DNA of 64,000 nucleotides from Parcubacteria group bacterium (GTDB taxonomy: Bacteria > Patescibacteriota > Minisyncoccia > Moranbacterales > UBA11712). Both the position numbers and the translations under genes were made by a program. Below, piece by piece: positions 30,036-39,974 of this stretch. Under the pieces are notes generated by a model that saw nothing but the letters and a program-made list of their open reading frames with translations, did not search any database and was not told where the DNA came from. The stretch is from NCBI GenBank assembly GCA_041659685.1, contig JBAZXV010000003.1, positions 2,040 through 66,039 of the forward strand, read 5' to 3'. The stretch's first letter is position 1; each line of letters begins with the position of its first letter.

Positions 30036-30635
30036 GTGGATAATCAGCATTTGGGCATCAAAGAAAACGAAAAATCTGATGCCGAATTGGTCGAATTGGC
30101 GAAAGCCGATCCCGAATCTTTCGGCCTTCTGATGGAGCGGTATCAGATTCCGCTTTTTCATTATATCCGCCGCCTCACTCAGCTTCCGAGAGAAGATGCC
30201 GAGGATCTGCTTCAGGAAGTCTTTATCAAGATCTACCGGAAACTGAACGAATACGACGAACTCTTGAAATTTTCCAGCTGGGCCTACCGGATCGCGCATA
30301 ATCATATTGTGGATTTTTTCCGAAAAACCGGCGCGCGCCCCAAGACCAGTTCACTGGAAGAATACGAGCTGGCGAAAATGCTGAAATCAAAAACGAATAT
30401 GGCAAAGGAGCTTGGCTCCAAAGACTGTCTGGAAAAAATAAAAATTTGTCTGGAAAAAATGCCGCTTAAATATCGAGAAATTTTAGTTCTCCGTTTCCTC
30501 GAAGAAAAGGAATACGAAGAAATTATGGATATCTTGAAAAAACCCAAGGGCACGATCGCGACTCTGATAGCCCGCGGCCGGAAAATGCTTTCGGCCAATA
30601 TGAAAAAGGAAGGTATTGATTGTCTTGAAGAATAA
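30036..30635 (+). CDS. ECF RNA polymerase sigma factor
   Basis: DAEDLLQEVFIK, FSSWAYRIAHN, region 4 YEEI..IL..PKGT. Confidence 0.92.
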   Translation: MDNQHLGIKENEKSDAELVELAKADPESFGLLMERYQIPLFHYIRRLTQLPREDAEDLLQEVFIKIYRKLNEYDELLKFSSWAYRIAHNHIVDFFRKTGARPKTSSLEEYELAKMLKSKTNMAKELGSKDCLEKIKICLEKMPLKYREILVLRFLEEKEYEEIMDILKKPKGTIATLIARGRKMLSANMKKEGIDCLEE

Positions 30636-30639
30636 AACT

Positions 30640-31422
30640 ATGAAAAACATAATCGCGGATACAATTGAGAAAATTAAAAACGAGAATATGCGTCCCGAAC
30701 CGCGCTGGAGATACCTGGCAAAAAAATATTCAGCCTGGATGTCTTTTTTTGCAATCGCGCTCTTGGGCGCCGCCATTTTTTCGGTGGCGTATTTCCTCGT
30801 ATCGCAACTGGACTGGAGCTTACACGCCGTCGCGCGCCGCTATTCATTTTTCTATTACTTATCCCTCATTCCTTATCTTTGGATAATTCCGCTTATCAGC
30901 CTGATGTTTTTTGCATTTTTTAGCCTTCGAAAAACCGAAAACGGATACAGATACAATTTTTTGAAAATTGCCGCGGTCGTTTTGGGGAGCCTTTTTCTTT
31001 TCGGCCTTTTGCTGGTATCCTCCGGCTTTGGAGGAAAGATAAACGCGGCCGTGATGCGCGATTTTCCGGGTTATGGAAAATTGGTCGCAACGAAGGAATC
31101 TCAGTGGTCCCAACCGGAAAAAGGTTTGCTGGCGGGAACAATAAATTTTGTTTCAGGAAACTCAATTGACCTTCGGGACTTTTCCGGGAAAGACTGGAAA
31201 ATCAATATCGACGAAAAAACCATCGTACGTCCGTCAGCAAGCCTTGAATCGGGAAAAATGATAAAAGCAATCGGCCAAACTGAAAGTAATCAGGTTTTCA
31301 GAGCCAACGAAATCCGTCCCTGGCAGGGCAAGGGTCAAATGAAAAAATCCGGCGGCGCGGGAAGCGGAAATGCAAAACACCCGGAATCTCCAAAGGGAAG
31401 AGGCATGCCCGGCGGCGAGTAA
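30640..31422 (+). CDS. Membrane protein with C-terminal OB/DUF5666-like domain, putative anti-sigma
   Basis: Three TM segments; directly downstream of the sigma factor. Confidence 0.65.
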   Translation: MKNIIADTIEKIKNENMRPEPRWRYLAKKYSAWMSFFAIALLGAAIFSVAYFLVSQLDWSLHAVARRYSFFYYLSLIPYLWIIPLISLMFFAFFSLRKTENGYRYNFLKIAAVVLGSLFLFGLLLVSSGFGGKINAAVMRDFPGYGKLVATKESQWSQPEKGLLAGTINFVSGNSIDLRDFSGKDWKINIDEKTIVRPSASLESGKMIKAIGQTESNQVFRANEIRPWQGKGQMKKSGGAGSGNAKHPESPKGRGMPGGE

Positions 31423-31498
31423 GAAAATATTTTGAAAACAATCCGGAAAGCTTTCGTTCTATATACCAGAGCCGGCTAATAATCATTAAGGAACAACA

Positions 31499-31909
31499 AT
31501 GAACAACAAATATATCGCGCTGGGCGCGGTGGCAATCGCGGGAATTGCGGGATCTCTCGCCATCTCTCAGGCCGCCTTCGCTTATCGGGGCAACCCGGAC
31601 CAAACCGGTCCCAATTATAGCCCGGAAAGGCACGCGGAAATGCAAAAAGCATTTGAAAACAAAGATTATAACTCCTGGAAGGAGCAGATGAACGGGCGAG
31701 GAAGAGTGACTGAGATCGTCAATGAGCAAAATTTTTCCCGATTCGCTGAAATGCGCAAGCTGACGCTCGAAAAAAAATATGACGAAGCCAACAAGATTCG
31801 AGCAGAGCTTGGGCTGGGCCAGGGAAACGGCCAGGGAATGAATCAGGGACGCAATCGCGCTAATTTCGTCGACAAAGATGGAAACGGCGTCTGCGACAAT
31901 CTCCGATAA
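31499..31909 (+). CDS. Secreted hypothetical protein
   Basis: Signal peptide; C-terminal FVDKDGNGVCD EF-hand-like motif. Confidence 0.75.
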   Translation: MNNKYIALGAVAIAGIAGSLAISQAAFAYRGNPDQTGPNYSPERHAEMQKAFENKDYNSWKEQMNGRGRVTEIVNEQNFSRFAEMRKLTLEKKYDEANKIRAELGLGQGNGQGMNQGRNRANFVDKDGNGVCDNLR

Positions 31910-32030
31910 AAAAAGAAAAGAGGCACCGGCTTCTTTCCCCATAGACAAAGACCGCCGAATATCGGCGGTCTTTCCTTTCCCCTTTCGGACTTGTTTTTTT
32001 CTGTCGGTTTTTGTGCGAAGCGGTAACCCC

Positions 32031-32051
32031 CGTAGACGTCCGACGTCTACG
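32031..32051. repeat. Palindrome family D, GTAGACGTC-n-GACGTCTAC (also 36681-36699, 52372-52390)
   Basis: Three perfect copies read directly. Confidence 0.85.
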
Positions 32052-32117
32052 AAGTAGGATCCGGAAGATAATCCTTGCCCAAGCCACCCGCTCATTAGCG
32101 GTTTTTGGGCGGGACGG

Positions 32118-32141
32118 AAATACTTACCGAGGTAAGTATTT
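32118..32141 (+). repeat. Palindrome family E, AAATACTTACC-nn-GGTAAGTATTT plus AATACGTAT (also 33449, 34974, 52293)
   Basis: Four copies; the first three share about 55 bp including downstream flank. Confidence 0.85.
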
Positions 32142-32259
32142 GAATACGTATTTTTCCCGCGATTCAAGGTTTCAAATAATTCTATTTTTCGTATATCCCC
32201 TTTGAACATCATGATTTATTAAAAGAAGGGGGCGCGCCTGATGGCCGCCCCCAGCGAAA

Positions 32260-33312
32260 CTACCCTTCCCCCAAAACATCGTCCCTGACTGCATTAATAA
32301 CGCCGCGCTTGTTTAGTTCACCCAGTGCGGGCACCCAATATTTTTCATCCGGGTCATCCCGCGCTATTTTCAGCATGCATTGCTCGATGTCTTCGCCCGC
32401 CCTTTTGCAAAGAGCGGAAAAAATGAGAAATTTTTCTTCAGGGTGATCGGCAGATCGCTTGTAGGCGCCGATCAGGTGCGAGTTGGGAGCTCGGTTTGGG
32501 CCGTCGAGCAAAAGGACGATTGCTTCGCGGCAATTTTGCTCCAGCTTCTGGTTGAGAGCCAGAAATCCTTTCCATATTACAGAAAGAAGGGTATTCATGT
32601 CCCAACGTTTAATCCCATGTTTTATGAGATTTTTCAGCGCCCCGGCTGAGACGTTTCCCCCATTGCCGTTTTTCACCTCAAACTCATACGCCTCACAAAG
32701 CGTGAGTTCAAAGCGCTCCCGATCATTTCGAATCTTGAGAGCTTTGTAGGCCGCCGACCTGGTGTCCTTGTCAGGGTGACCGAGAAGAGTGATTAATTTT
32801 TTGGTCATGTGCATACCCGACCGGCCAGCGATACCGTTTACCGCGGCGAGGCGGACATCGGGATTATCATCTTTATGAGCTTTTTGAAAAATCACTTCCC
32901 CGATCCGTTGAAAGTAAAGAATAGAATTCCGGATCGCCAGAATTTCCACAAGCCGGCGCCTGATCTCCCACCGCTTGTGATCGACGACTTCCTCCATCAT
33001 CAAGTCGGTTTCCTGGAAGTGTTCCATCACTGTCAGGATTTCCGCCAGCGCTTTGCCTTCAACCAGATTGAGATCGCCGGTTTTGTTCACAAATCCCAGC
33101 AAAAGACGCAAAACTTTCCACTGGATGAGTTGGGGTTCCAAGATATCGAGACAGGCTCCCCCGACTGCCGTGTGTCCCTTGCAGTCAACAAGAACTTCAT
33201 GGACAGCTTCGGGGGGTAAAGTTTTTGCGCTTTCCAGGAACTCCTCTTTAAAAATGAAGCCGCCCACAAAAAGCCGGAAAAACAGACGCAGATTAGCCAG
33301 GTCTTCTTTCAT
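32260..33312 (-). CDS. HEAT-repeat protein
   Basis: DDNPDVRLAAV, HPDKDTRSAA, WEIRRRLVE; GGAGG RBS. Confidence 0.7.
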   Translation of the reverse strand: MKEDLANLRLFFRLFVGGFIFKEEFLESAKTLPPEAVHEVLVDCKGHTAVGGACLDILEPQLIQWKVLRLLLGFVNKTGDLNLVEGKALAEILTVMEHFQETDLMMEEVVDHKRWEIRRRLVEILAIRNSILYFQRIGEVIFQKAHKDDNPDVRLAAVNGIAGRSGMHMTKKLITLLGHPDKDTRSAAYKALKIRNDRERFELTLCEAYEFEVKNGNGGNVSAGALKNLIKHGIKRWDMNTLLSVIWKGFLALNQKLEQNCREAIVLLLDGPNRAPNSHLIGAYKRSADHPEEKFLIFSALCKRAGEDIEQCMLKIARDDPDEKYWVPALGELNKRGVINAVRDDVLGEG

Positions 33313-33530
33313 GGGAATCCTCCGGGGCATATTTAGTTGGGAAGCTACGCGAGCAATCCCTCCATTTCTCTGGCTTTAAGTTAGGGGAAAACCTCGCTGT
33401 TTGTCAATAAATAAGGGAAAAAATCCATTTGGATAATTCATGGGAAGAAAATACTTACCTCGGCAAGTATTTGAATACGTATTTATTTCCGCGGTTCAGG
33501 GTTGATTTTTTCTAAATACATTCCTGATTG

Positions 33531-33555
33531 TTTCCTAACATCGAATGTTAGGAAA
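33531..33555. repeat. Palindrome family C, CC(C/T)AACAT-nnn-ATGT(T/C)(G/A)GG (also 557, 36346, 36645, 40321, 52336)
   Basis: Six intergenic copies read directly. Confidence 0.8.
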
Positions 33556-33650
33556 TGGCAAATTTATTTACAGAAAAAATCTTAGCGCTCAAAAAATTAA
33601 AGGCCAGGGAATCTTGCTTCCCTGGCCCATTAGGCGTTGCTCCAATTGGT

Positions 33651-33887
33651 TTAAGACTGCCATTCGGCGATCTTTTCCATCGCTGCCGCGGCCTCGTCCG
33701 GGCTAACCAGGAACGAAACCTGCGAGTATCCTCTCGCGCAGCTGCCATAGTCCTTATCAACCGTCAGGCCGATACTTTCAGCGAACTGGACAAACTCAGC
33801 GCGCTTTCTCCAAGTTTCGCCGGTCAGTTTGATGTCCAGCTCAACGCAATTCGGCCCCAAAACAGTATCTTTCACTTCAACTGCCAT
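33651..33887 (-). CDS. Small hypothetical protein
   Basis: AAGGAG RBS; downstream of the 33929-34744 gene on the same strand. Confidence 0.6.
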   Translation of the reverse strand: MAVEVKDTVLGPNCVELDIKLTGETWRKRAEFVQFAESIGLTVDKDYGSCARGYSQVSFLVSPDEAAAAMEKIAEWQS

Positions 33888-33928
33888 AATAGTCTCCTTG
33901 CCAATATCGTTAAAGTCTCGACCATCGG

Positions 33929-34744
33929 TTAAACCAGCTTGAGGTTGAGCTTCTGTTCAACCTGGGCCAGTTCCGCAGTAAGCGCTTCCCGCAAATCCAC
34001 TGGGACGGCAAGAAGATTCCTGCGAACGTCCGCAACTGTCCTGCCCCAGGGCTCATCGGCTTCGATCTCATTAGCCAGCTCATTCAGGTATTCCCGGATT
34101 AGGAAGTCAGAATTATACCTGGCCAGCTGACGGATATATTCAACGACGAGCGCCGCCAATTTCGGGCACCAAAGCGGATGCCTGCCTTCAACCCTCTTTG
34201 CCAGAGGTTCTCGGGGGCTGGAGAATATTGAATCTTGGATAACCATAGTCAAACGGAATACCAATTCTGTCATTTCCTCTTCGCCCCTCCGTATCCTCCC
34301 CAGAATTAACACGTCGTCGCCAATTCGTTTGCGCCAAAGATTTCCTTTGAGCACTGATCCATCAGCCAGGCGCAAATTTTTTTCTTCTCCTCTGACTCTT
34401 GAGACCAGATAATTGAACGGCACCTCAACGACCGGGTCGTGCAAGTACTTGTGGCCGTCCAGGAGAAGGGTGAGGATTTTTTCCTTGAGAAAAACACTCC
34501 CCCAAAGTTCCGCATGCACAATCGTTATCTCTGGAAGATTAAGAAAGAAACTTCCATTCGGAATACTGATCCTGCAAACCGGATAAATCCCCTCCGGCTC
34601 CCTCGGAAAATGTTTTTTTTCTTTGGAGTGAAAGGCTGTGACATCCACACTGAACTCCATTTTATTGAACCCCGACTGCGTATTGTATTGAATCGTCGGG
34701 CCATTGACCAGTATCCAGCCATTTTCCAAATTCGTCCAAGCCAT
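33929..34744 (-). CDS. Hypothetical (orphan) protein
   Basis: AAGGAGG RBS; long ORF. Confidence 0.7.
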   Translation of the reverse strand: MAWTNLENGWILVNGPTIQYNTQSGFNKMEFSVDVTAFHSKEKKHFPREPEGIYPVCRISIPNGSFFLNLPEITIVHAELWGSVFLKEKILTLLLDGHKYLHDPVVEVPFNYLVSRVRGEEKNLRLADGSVLKGNLWRKRIGDDVLILGRIRRGEEEMTELVFRLTMVIQDSIFSSPREPLAKRVEGRHPLWCPKLAALVVEYIRQLARYNSDFLIREYLNELANEIEADEPWGRTVADVRRNLLAVPVDLREALTAELAQVEQKLNLKLV

Positions 34745-35178
34745 TGTGTTCCTCCTTTACTTTGTCCCCCTGTCTGTTCATTGAACAAAACGAGGACTTC
34801 GCAAAGCTGCCTGTGATTTTACCCTCACAAGTCGGGTTTTTCCGCCCATTGCGGAACAATGTCAAAAAACAATTGCTCTCCATTGTATATATAAAAACTC
34901 GCGTTTGTCAACGGAACGGGGAAATGCCTCTCCCCGGACTTGTTCTTTCCCGGCAATTTTTTGTGTGGGAAGAAAATACTTACCGAGGTAAGTATTTAAA
35001 TACGTATTTATTTCCGCGGTTCGGGAATCGCTTTTCTTAAGTTTAATTCTTGCGAAATTTTTTTTAACAATTAAGATTTACTGATTGACAAAAGCGAGTC
35101 AACGTGCTTTTTTTGTTTTATCCCGCAAGTAATAACAATGATCTTTCCCAACATAAATTAAAGGAGGAGCAAGATATT

Positions 35179-36114
35179 ATGCACGCAAGAAGATGGGTCT
35201 CAATGCCGCTTTGGCAGCTTCGCCTTTCCGCCTGGCTCTTCCAGATAGAAATTCTAAGCAAAGAAATTAGGAGGAGAGCGCTTGAGGGTGAGGAATGGCT
35301 GGAACTTTATGCCCGTATCCTAAGGTATTTTTTCTTAGTTATACTGGCGCTGATCTCACGAAAATTCAGCCTGATTTCTTCGGTCTATACCTGGTTCCGC
35401 CAGAGCGACAATATCCTCGATGGAGATGTGCGACTCCGTTTGGGGGATGACCTGGAATCTTATATGGCGAGAAAAAACAGGGTGATGAAAGATCTTTTCA
35501 ACCTTAACTTTGCAAAGGCGCAGACTGAGAGAGAAGATATTCTCATTGCCTATTTTGTCCGAGAAGCGCGGCGTTTGCCCGTCTTTTCCGAACTTTGCCG
35601 GCAAGCCCGAATATTATGGCTACTGATGCAATCAGATGCCCTTCGCAGAAAGATAAGACCGATTGTGCCCCGCTCCGAATTTAATGAATTCACTTTCGAT
35701 CAAGATGTTTGCATTCTTAGCTTTTGCGTTTTGGCTCTTGACGGAAACAAGGAGCGTTTGCAATCGATTGCCAAGGTTCTTTGCGGCTTATTCAGCAGAA
35801 CCGATTGCCTCCTTGACTGCTTTGATGATATCAGAAGAGGAATCATTCAGATTCCCCGGGAGGCATTTGAGCGGCATGGATTGGATCTTGAATCCATGCA
35901 AAAATGCCTGAATGAGAAAGACTTTTTGGCGTCGCCGGGATTTCTGGAATGGCGGCGTGAGGAAGGCCGGCGCCTTCAGAATCAATGGCAGGCGGCAATG
36001 AAAGCTGTCAGGAATAACTTCGGCAATGTTTTCTCGAGTGCGATCTTGACGAAGATCATCCAGCTTGTTATATACACGCGCTTCTATCGCTCGATCCATA
36101 ATCTGCCTGTCTGA
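35179..36114 (+). CDS. Squalene/phytoene synthase-like (isoprenoid synthase fold) protein
   Basis: WFRQSDNILDGD and DCFDDIRRGIIQIPRE resemble the two Asp-rich motifs; AAGGAGG RBS. Confidence 0.6.
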   Translation: MHARRWVSMPLWQLRLSAWLFQIEILSKEIRRRALEGEEWLELYARILRYFFLVILALISRKFSLISSVYTWFRQSDNILDGDVRLRLGDDLESYMARKNRVMKDLFNLNFAKAQTEREDILIAYFVREARRLPVFSELCRQARILWLLMQSDALRRKIRPIVPRSEFNEFTFDQDVCILSFCVLALDGNKERLQSIAKVLCGLFSRTDCLLDCFDDIRRGIIQIPREAFERHGLDLESMQKCLNEKDFLASPGFLEWRREEGRRLQNQWQAAMKAVRNNFGNVFSSAILTKIIQLVIYTRFYRSIHNLPV

Positions 36115-36716
36115 TCCGGCCAACCTTGCGCGTGCCTTTAACCGCTGGTTTCTTCAACCACATCAAGGAGAGCCATCCTTTAAAAGGGCCAGTCCGTGCT
36201 TCGGACTGGCCTCTTTTACTTACAATGGTATTTTCCTGGGAAAAAATAATTAGATGAATAAGTGTTTTTTTCCGGACACTGTTTTTTGCGGGAGACAAAA
36301 ACTTGCGATATGTGATGAAAGCTTGAAAATTTCGGGCGACCGTTTTCCTAACATTCAATGTTAGGATTTTTTTACAAAAATCGACGCTGAATCTTTGCTA
36401 AGGTTCAATCTTAGCAAAGTATTATTTTCCAAACTCAGCATTTTTATACGGCCGTGGGAAAATGCTAAGCTTAAAAGTATGGAGAAGAGATGCATCAAAG
36501 GAACGACTGAAGCAGAAGTTTTTTTGTTCCCCTCCCCCGACTTTGCCCGAAATATGAGGAGCGGTAGGATAAAAAATAGAAGCTTCTATGGAGGCTTCTA
36601 AGGGTATATTGCTAAAAAGCTCGACGTTGAATAATATCTGATTATTTCCCAACATCGGATGTCAGGAAACGCCAGGAGTTGTAGACGTCGGACGTCTACG
36701 GACAAGGCAAATATTC

Positions 36717-36744
36717 AAACAGCGTCCGATTGGACGCTGTTTTT
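36717..36744. terminator. Bidirectional terminator-like hairpin
   Basis: AAACAGCGTCC-GATT-GGACGCTGTTT, downstream of the minus-strand gene. Confidence 0.6.
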
Positions 36745-36795
36745 GTGTCTTCCCTTGAAAAGATTATGTATCCTGAAATTGAATATTGGAAAAAT

Positions 36796-38703
36796 TTATG
36801 GCCGGTAGACGCAGCGGAAACCGGTATTGGTGTTCTTGCTGGTAATAGGAGTTCCCAAGCTTAAGGCATAGATGCCAGCAATTGTACCGTACCACCATGT
36901 TCCACCGCGGTTAAAAGCAAGATTCGTCGAGTTTGTGTTTCCAACCGGATTAAATGTATAAACCATTCCCATATTTTGAGCTGAATTCCAACTGGGATTC
37001 CCAGGTCGCAAACTGGCATAGCTCATCGTCCCGTAATCATCAATAGTAGTATATTCTTTCCAGTCCTGACTATCATCCGGACCAGTGGTTGAATGGGGAT
37101 TGTCTTTTGGTTTGATCATATCAGAAACATTTTCAAAAAGGTTTCCGGAGAGGTCCCAAACCGTTTCACTATTGGAAAGCGTGAAAGTGCGCCTTTGCGC
37201 CGAGGGAGCGGAATCTCCGGTACCTTCATAGCCTTGCGAATCATCTGCGTTAGCAGCGCCAACGGACATACTGGGAACATTATCCGTATGCCCCAGATAA
37301 AGACCCCCTTCCCCCACAGTTCCCGAAGTCCAATTGTCACCGATATTTTCGATGTTCCTCGCCATAGTCATCCATTCGTTGTTGGTGATGAGATGGTACC
37401 CAGTTCCAAGTCCTGAACAAGAGGAAACGGAGGTGGTTTGGGAGATGTTAGCAATGGAATAACCCGATGCAAGTGATTTGACATAAGCAGAAGTACAGGC
37501 TTGAGCATTATTATCATATGTTTGCTTGTTTGTCGCCGGCGTCACATCCCCCGCTCCGTCGTTGTTAAAATCGCACTTAGCCTCATACTTCATGACGCAG
37601 AAGCCTCCGCCGGTTCCGTAGCGGACGTCTCCGGGAACGGGAACGTATCCATCGGGGCAACTCGTGGGCTGGACATGGGGGTCGGTCGGAACATCCAGGT
37701 ATTCATCAGTTTCACTAGCCTGGGTGTTGTAAATCTTGGCGGTTTTATCGGTTGAATTGTAATAAATTTTCCCTTCCTCGGCCGAGGGAGCAGCGGTTTG
37801 GGAATCAAGCTTCAGAGTTCCGATATTCAGTTTGGCATTGGTGAGGGTGAGGTTTCCCGAAGAATCGGTGGCGGGGATGACGCTCACTCCTCCGGTTGTT
37901 GAGGTATTGAGATCATCCAAAAGATCAGTGTTGAGGTTCGCAACTTTGGTTGCGGAAGCAACGGTGAACGGGGCGGTTCCGGTGATTTGGGCGGAGGAAA
38001 AGGTGAGAGAACTGATGTTTCCGGTGGCGGAGAGGTCCACCATGTTTGAAAGGCTTCCTCCGTTCCAATTCCAATTCCCGTTGAAGTTTCCGTCGGTGAT
38101 GGTGTTGGTTCCGAGATCAAGATTGGTGATATTTCCAGTGGTGAGGGTGATCCCGTCGGCCAATTTGTCGCTCGTTATGGTATGGCTTTGGATATCATCT
38201 CCCGTGATGGCGTTCGAAAGGTTTAGTTTGGAAGCGTCGATGTTGGCGGCAGGCGATATCTGGTCATTGGTAATATACCCTGAAAGATTCAGCTTGGAAG
38301 GGCTGATTGAAGCATTGTCGGCGATGGAAGCATCGGTAATCGTTCCGGATTTGATGTTGCTTTCCGTAATTGTTCCGCGGCTCAGACTTTCTTCTCTCAG
38401 AGAGCGATTTTGAATAGTCTTGGCGACGATAATCCCATCCGTTCCCATGGTTCCCGAAACATCGATTTGGTCATTGGAAAGAAACTGGTCAAGGGTGGCA
38501 GTTTTTCCTTTGGCGTTTTGAAGCTTGGCCCTTTCGGTATTAATGGTATAGGTTTTTGAGTTTTTGGAGGCGATAAGGGTGGTTCCGGAGATTTCAGTGA
38601 TAACGGCTTTGGTAAGTTTGGTTTTTTTGGCGGCCAGCGCCGGAGAAACCGCGGAAAGAAGGAATGCGATGGCCAGAACGGCGATGGTTTTTTTGTTTTT
38701 CAT
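36796..38703 (-). CDS. Secreted protein with DUF5666-like N-terminus, fibre-like repeats and C-terminal FGE-sulfatase/C-type-lectin domain
   Basis: Signal peptide MKNKKTIAVL..; CPDGYVPVPG, FCVMKYEAK, HLITNNEW, WDLSGNL.E, RGGTW...GFRC. Confidence 0.85.
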   Translation of the reverse strand: MKNKKTIAVLAIAFLLSAVSPALAAKKTKLTKAVITEISGTTLIASKNSKTYTINTERAKLQNAKGKTATLDQFLSNDQIDVSGTMGTDGIIVAKTIQNRSLREESLSRGTITESNIKSGTITDASIADNASISPSKLNLSGYITNDQISPAANIDASKLNLSNAITGDDIQSHTITSDKLADGITLTTGNITNLDLGTNTITDGNFNGNWNWNGGSLSNMVDLSATGNISSLTFSSAQITGTAPFTVASATKVANLNTDLLDDLNTSTTGGVSVIPATDSSGNLTLTNAKLNIGTLKLDSQTAAPSAEEGKIYYNSTDKTAKIYNTQASETDEYLDVPTDPHVQPTSCPDGYVPVPGDVRYGTGGGFCVMKYEAKCDFNNDGAGDVTPATNKQTYDNNAQACTSAYVKSLASGYSIANISQTTSVSSCSGLGTGYHLITNNEWMTMARNIENIGDNWTSGTVGEGGLYLGHTDNVPSMSVGAANADDSQGYEGTGDSAPSAQRRTFTLSNSETVWDLSGNLFENVSDMIKPKDNPHSTTGPDDSQDWKEYTTIDDYGTMSYASLRPGNPSWNSAQNMGMVYTFNPVGNTNSTNLAFNRGGTWWYGTIAGIYALSLGTPITSKNTNTGFRCVYRP

Positions 38704-38729
38704 TTTGGTTTTCTTTAGCTGGTTAAATG

Positions 38730-38900
38730 CCAGCGGAAAACACAAAAGGCCTCCCGCTCGCCGACAACCCCTTTCGGAGTTGTCCACTACCCTTTCGAGT
38801 AGCGACATTACTACATGATAGCGAAACGGAAAGCCGTTTCTATGTAGTAATGTTTTTAGGTGCCATGCTCCGACGCAACGTCGGAGTTTAGGCGTAAATT
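38730..38900 (-). ncRNA. Candidate structured 5' leader RNA
   Basis: Five consecutive hairpins between a TTGCGC-N16-TATAAT promoter (38937-38910) and the ATG; two have GAAA tetraloops on the sense strand. Confidence 0.5.
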
Positions 38901-39179
38901 GTTGGCTTTATTATACTATTTCAAAAAAAACGCGCAAGTAGCAAACATTCTCCCCGCACTCTTCGGGATGTTCGAGTGGATATTTTTGCACGGGGCGAAA
39001 ATACTTTGCCAGCCAAATAACTCTTTTTTTCGAATCTGGAATATCCATTTCTAAAGTTGAACTCTGAAGTGACCATGGCGGACGAATGAAAGAAAACGCT
39101 CATTTTGCAGGTATAAATAAAAAGATTGTCAATATTTTTTACACGCCTGTTGACAAATTATTTTACAAATATTACACTT

Positions 39180-39974
39180 ATGAACAACATCAACCATATG
39201 CTTGGAAAATTTATCTTAAAAAAGCGCAAAAAACTTGGCCTGACGCAGGATTTTTTGGCGTCAAAACTTGGCATTTCCCGCCCAACCTACATGCAGATAG
39301 AACAAGGAGAAAGGGATTTGACTCTTTCTGAAGCAAAAAAACTTGCGGATATATTTGGCATAGATTTCTGTCATTTTTCACAGGGTGAGGATTATGCCGT
39401 CACCGTAGAGATAGAAAAAGAAAAAAAACAAACAAAGGAAAAGGTTCCGGCGATGAGAATAAATGTCCCGCAAAAAAACCTAAAGAAATTCAAGGAAGTT
39501 TTTCTGTATGTTTTGTCAAAAATTGGAAGCAAGCCGAATGTGGGAGAAAGCGTGATAAATAAACTTTTCTATTTTATTGATTTTGACTACTACGAAAAAT
39601 ATGAGGAACAATTAATCGGTGCGACCTATATAAAAAACCATTACGGACCCACTCCCTGCGAACTGATAAAAATAGTTGAGGAAATGAAAACGAGAGGAGA
39701 GGTGGAAGAAGTGAGGAGCAGGCATTTTGAGTTCCATCAAAAGAAATTTTTTCCTTTGCGCAAGCCTGATTTGAGCATACTCACCGCAAGAGAAATAGAG
39801 CACATAGACGACGTTTTAAACAGGCTTTCTGACAAAAACGCGCGGGAAATTCGCGATTATTCCCACGAGGACGTTCCTTACAAGGTCCATAAAGACGGAG
39901 AAAAAATTGACTACGAAAGCGTTTTTTATCGCGATGAAAAATATTCAGTAAGAAGTTATGACGATGAACTATAG
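39180..39974 (+). CDS. XRE-HTH plus Panacea (DUF4065) antitoxin
   Basis: LTQDFLASKLGISRPTY.QIE.G; NKLFYFIDF, Y.KNHYGP.P, YSHED.P. Confidence 0.88.
   Translation: MNNINHMLGKFILKKRKKLGLTQDFLASKLGISRPTYMQIEQGERDLTLSEAKKLADIFGIDFCHFSQGEDYAVTVEIEKEKKQTKEKVPAMRINVPQKNLKKFKEVFLYVLSKIGSKPNVGESVINKLFYFIDFDYYEKYEEQLIGATYIKNHYGPTPCELIKIVEEMKTRGEVEEVRSRHFEFHQKKFFPLRKPDLSILTAREIEHIDDVLNRLSDKNAREIRDYSHEDVPYKVHKDGEKIDYESVFYRDEKYSVRSYDDEL

Noticed and set aside
36796-38808. Complete DGR; ORF start at 38808
   Set aside because: No RT or template repeat found. The longer start runs through the hairpin leader, and the signal peptide begins at 38703.
38860-38910. c-di-GMP-I riboswitch
   Set aside because: Only a P3-like receptor stem is present; the upstream GGCAAA/GNRA P2 element is missing.
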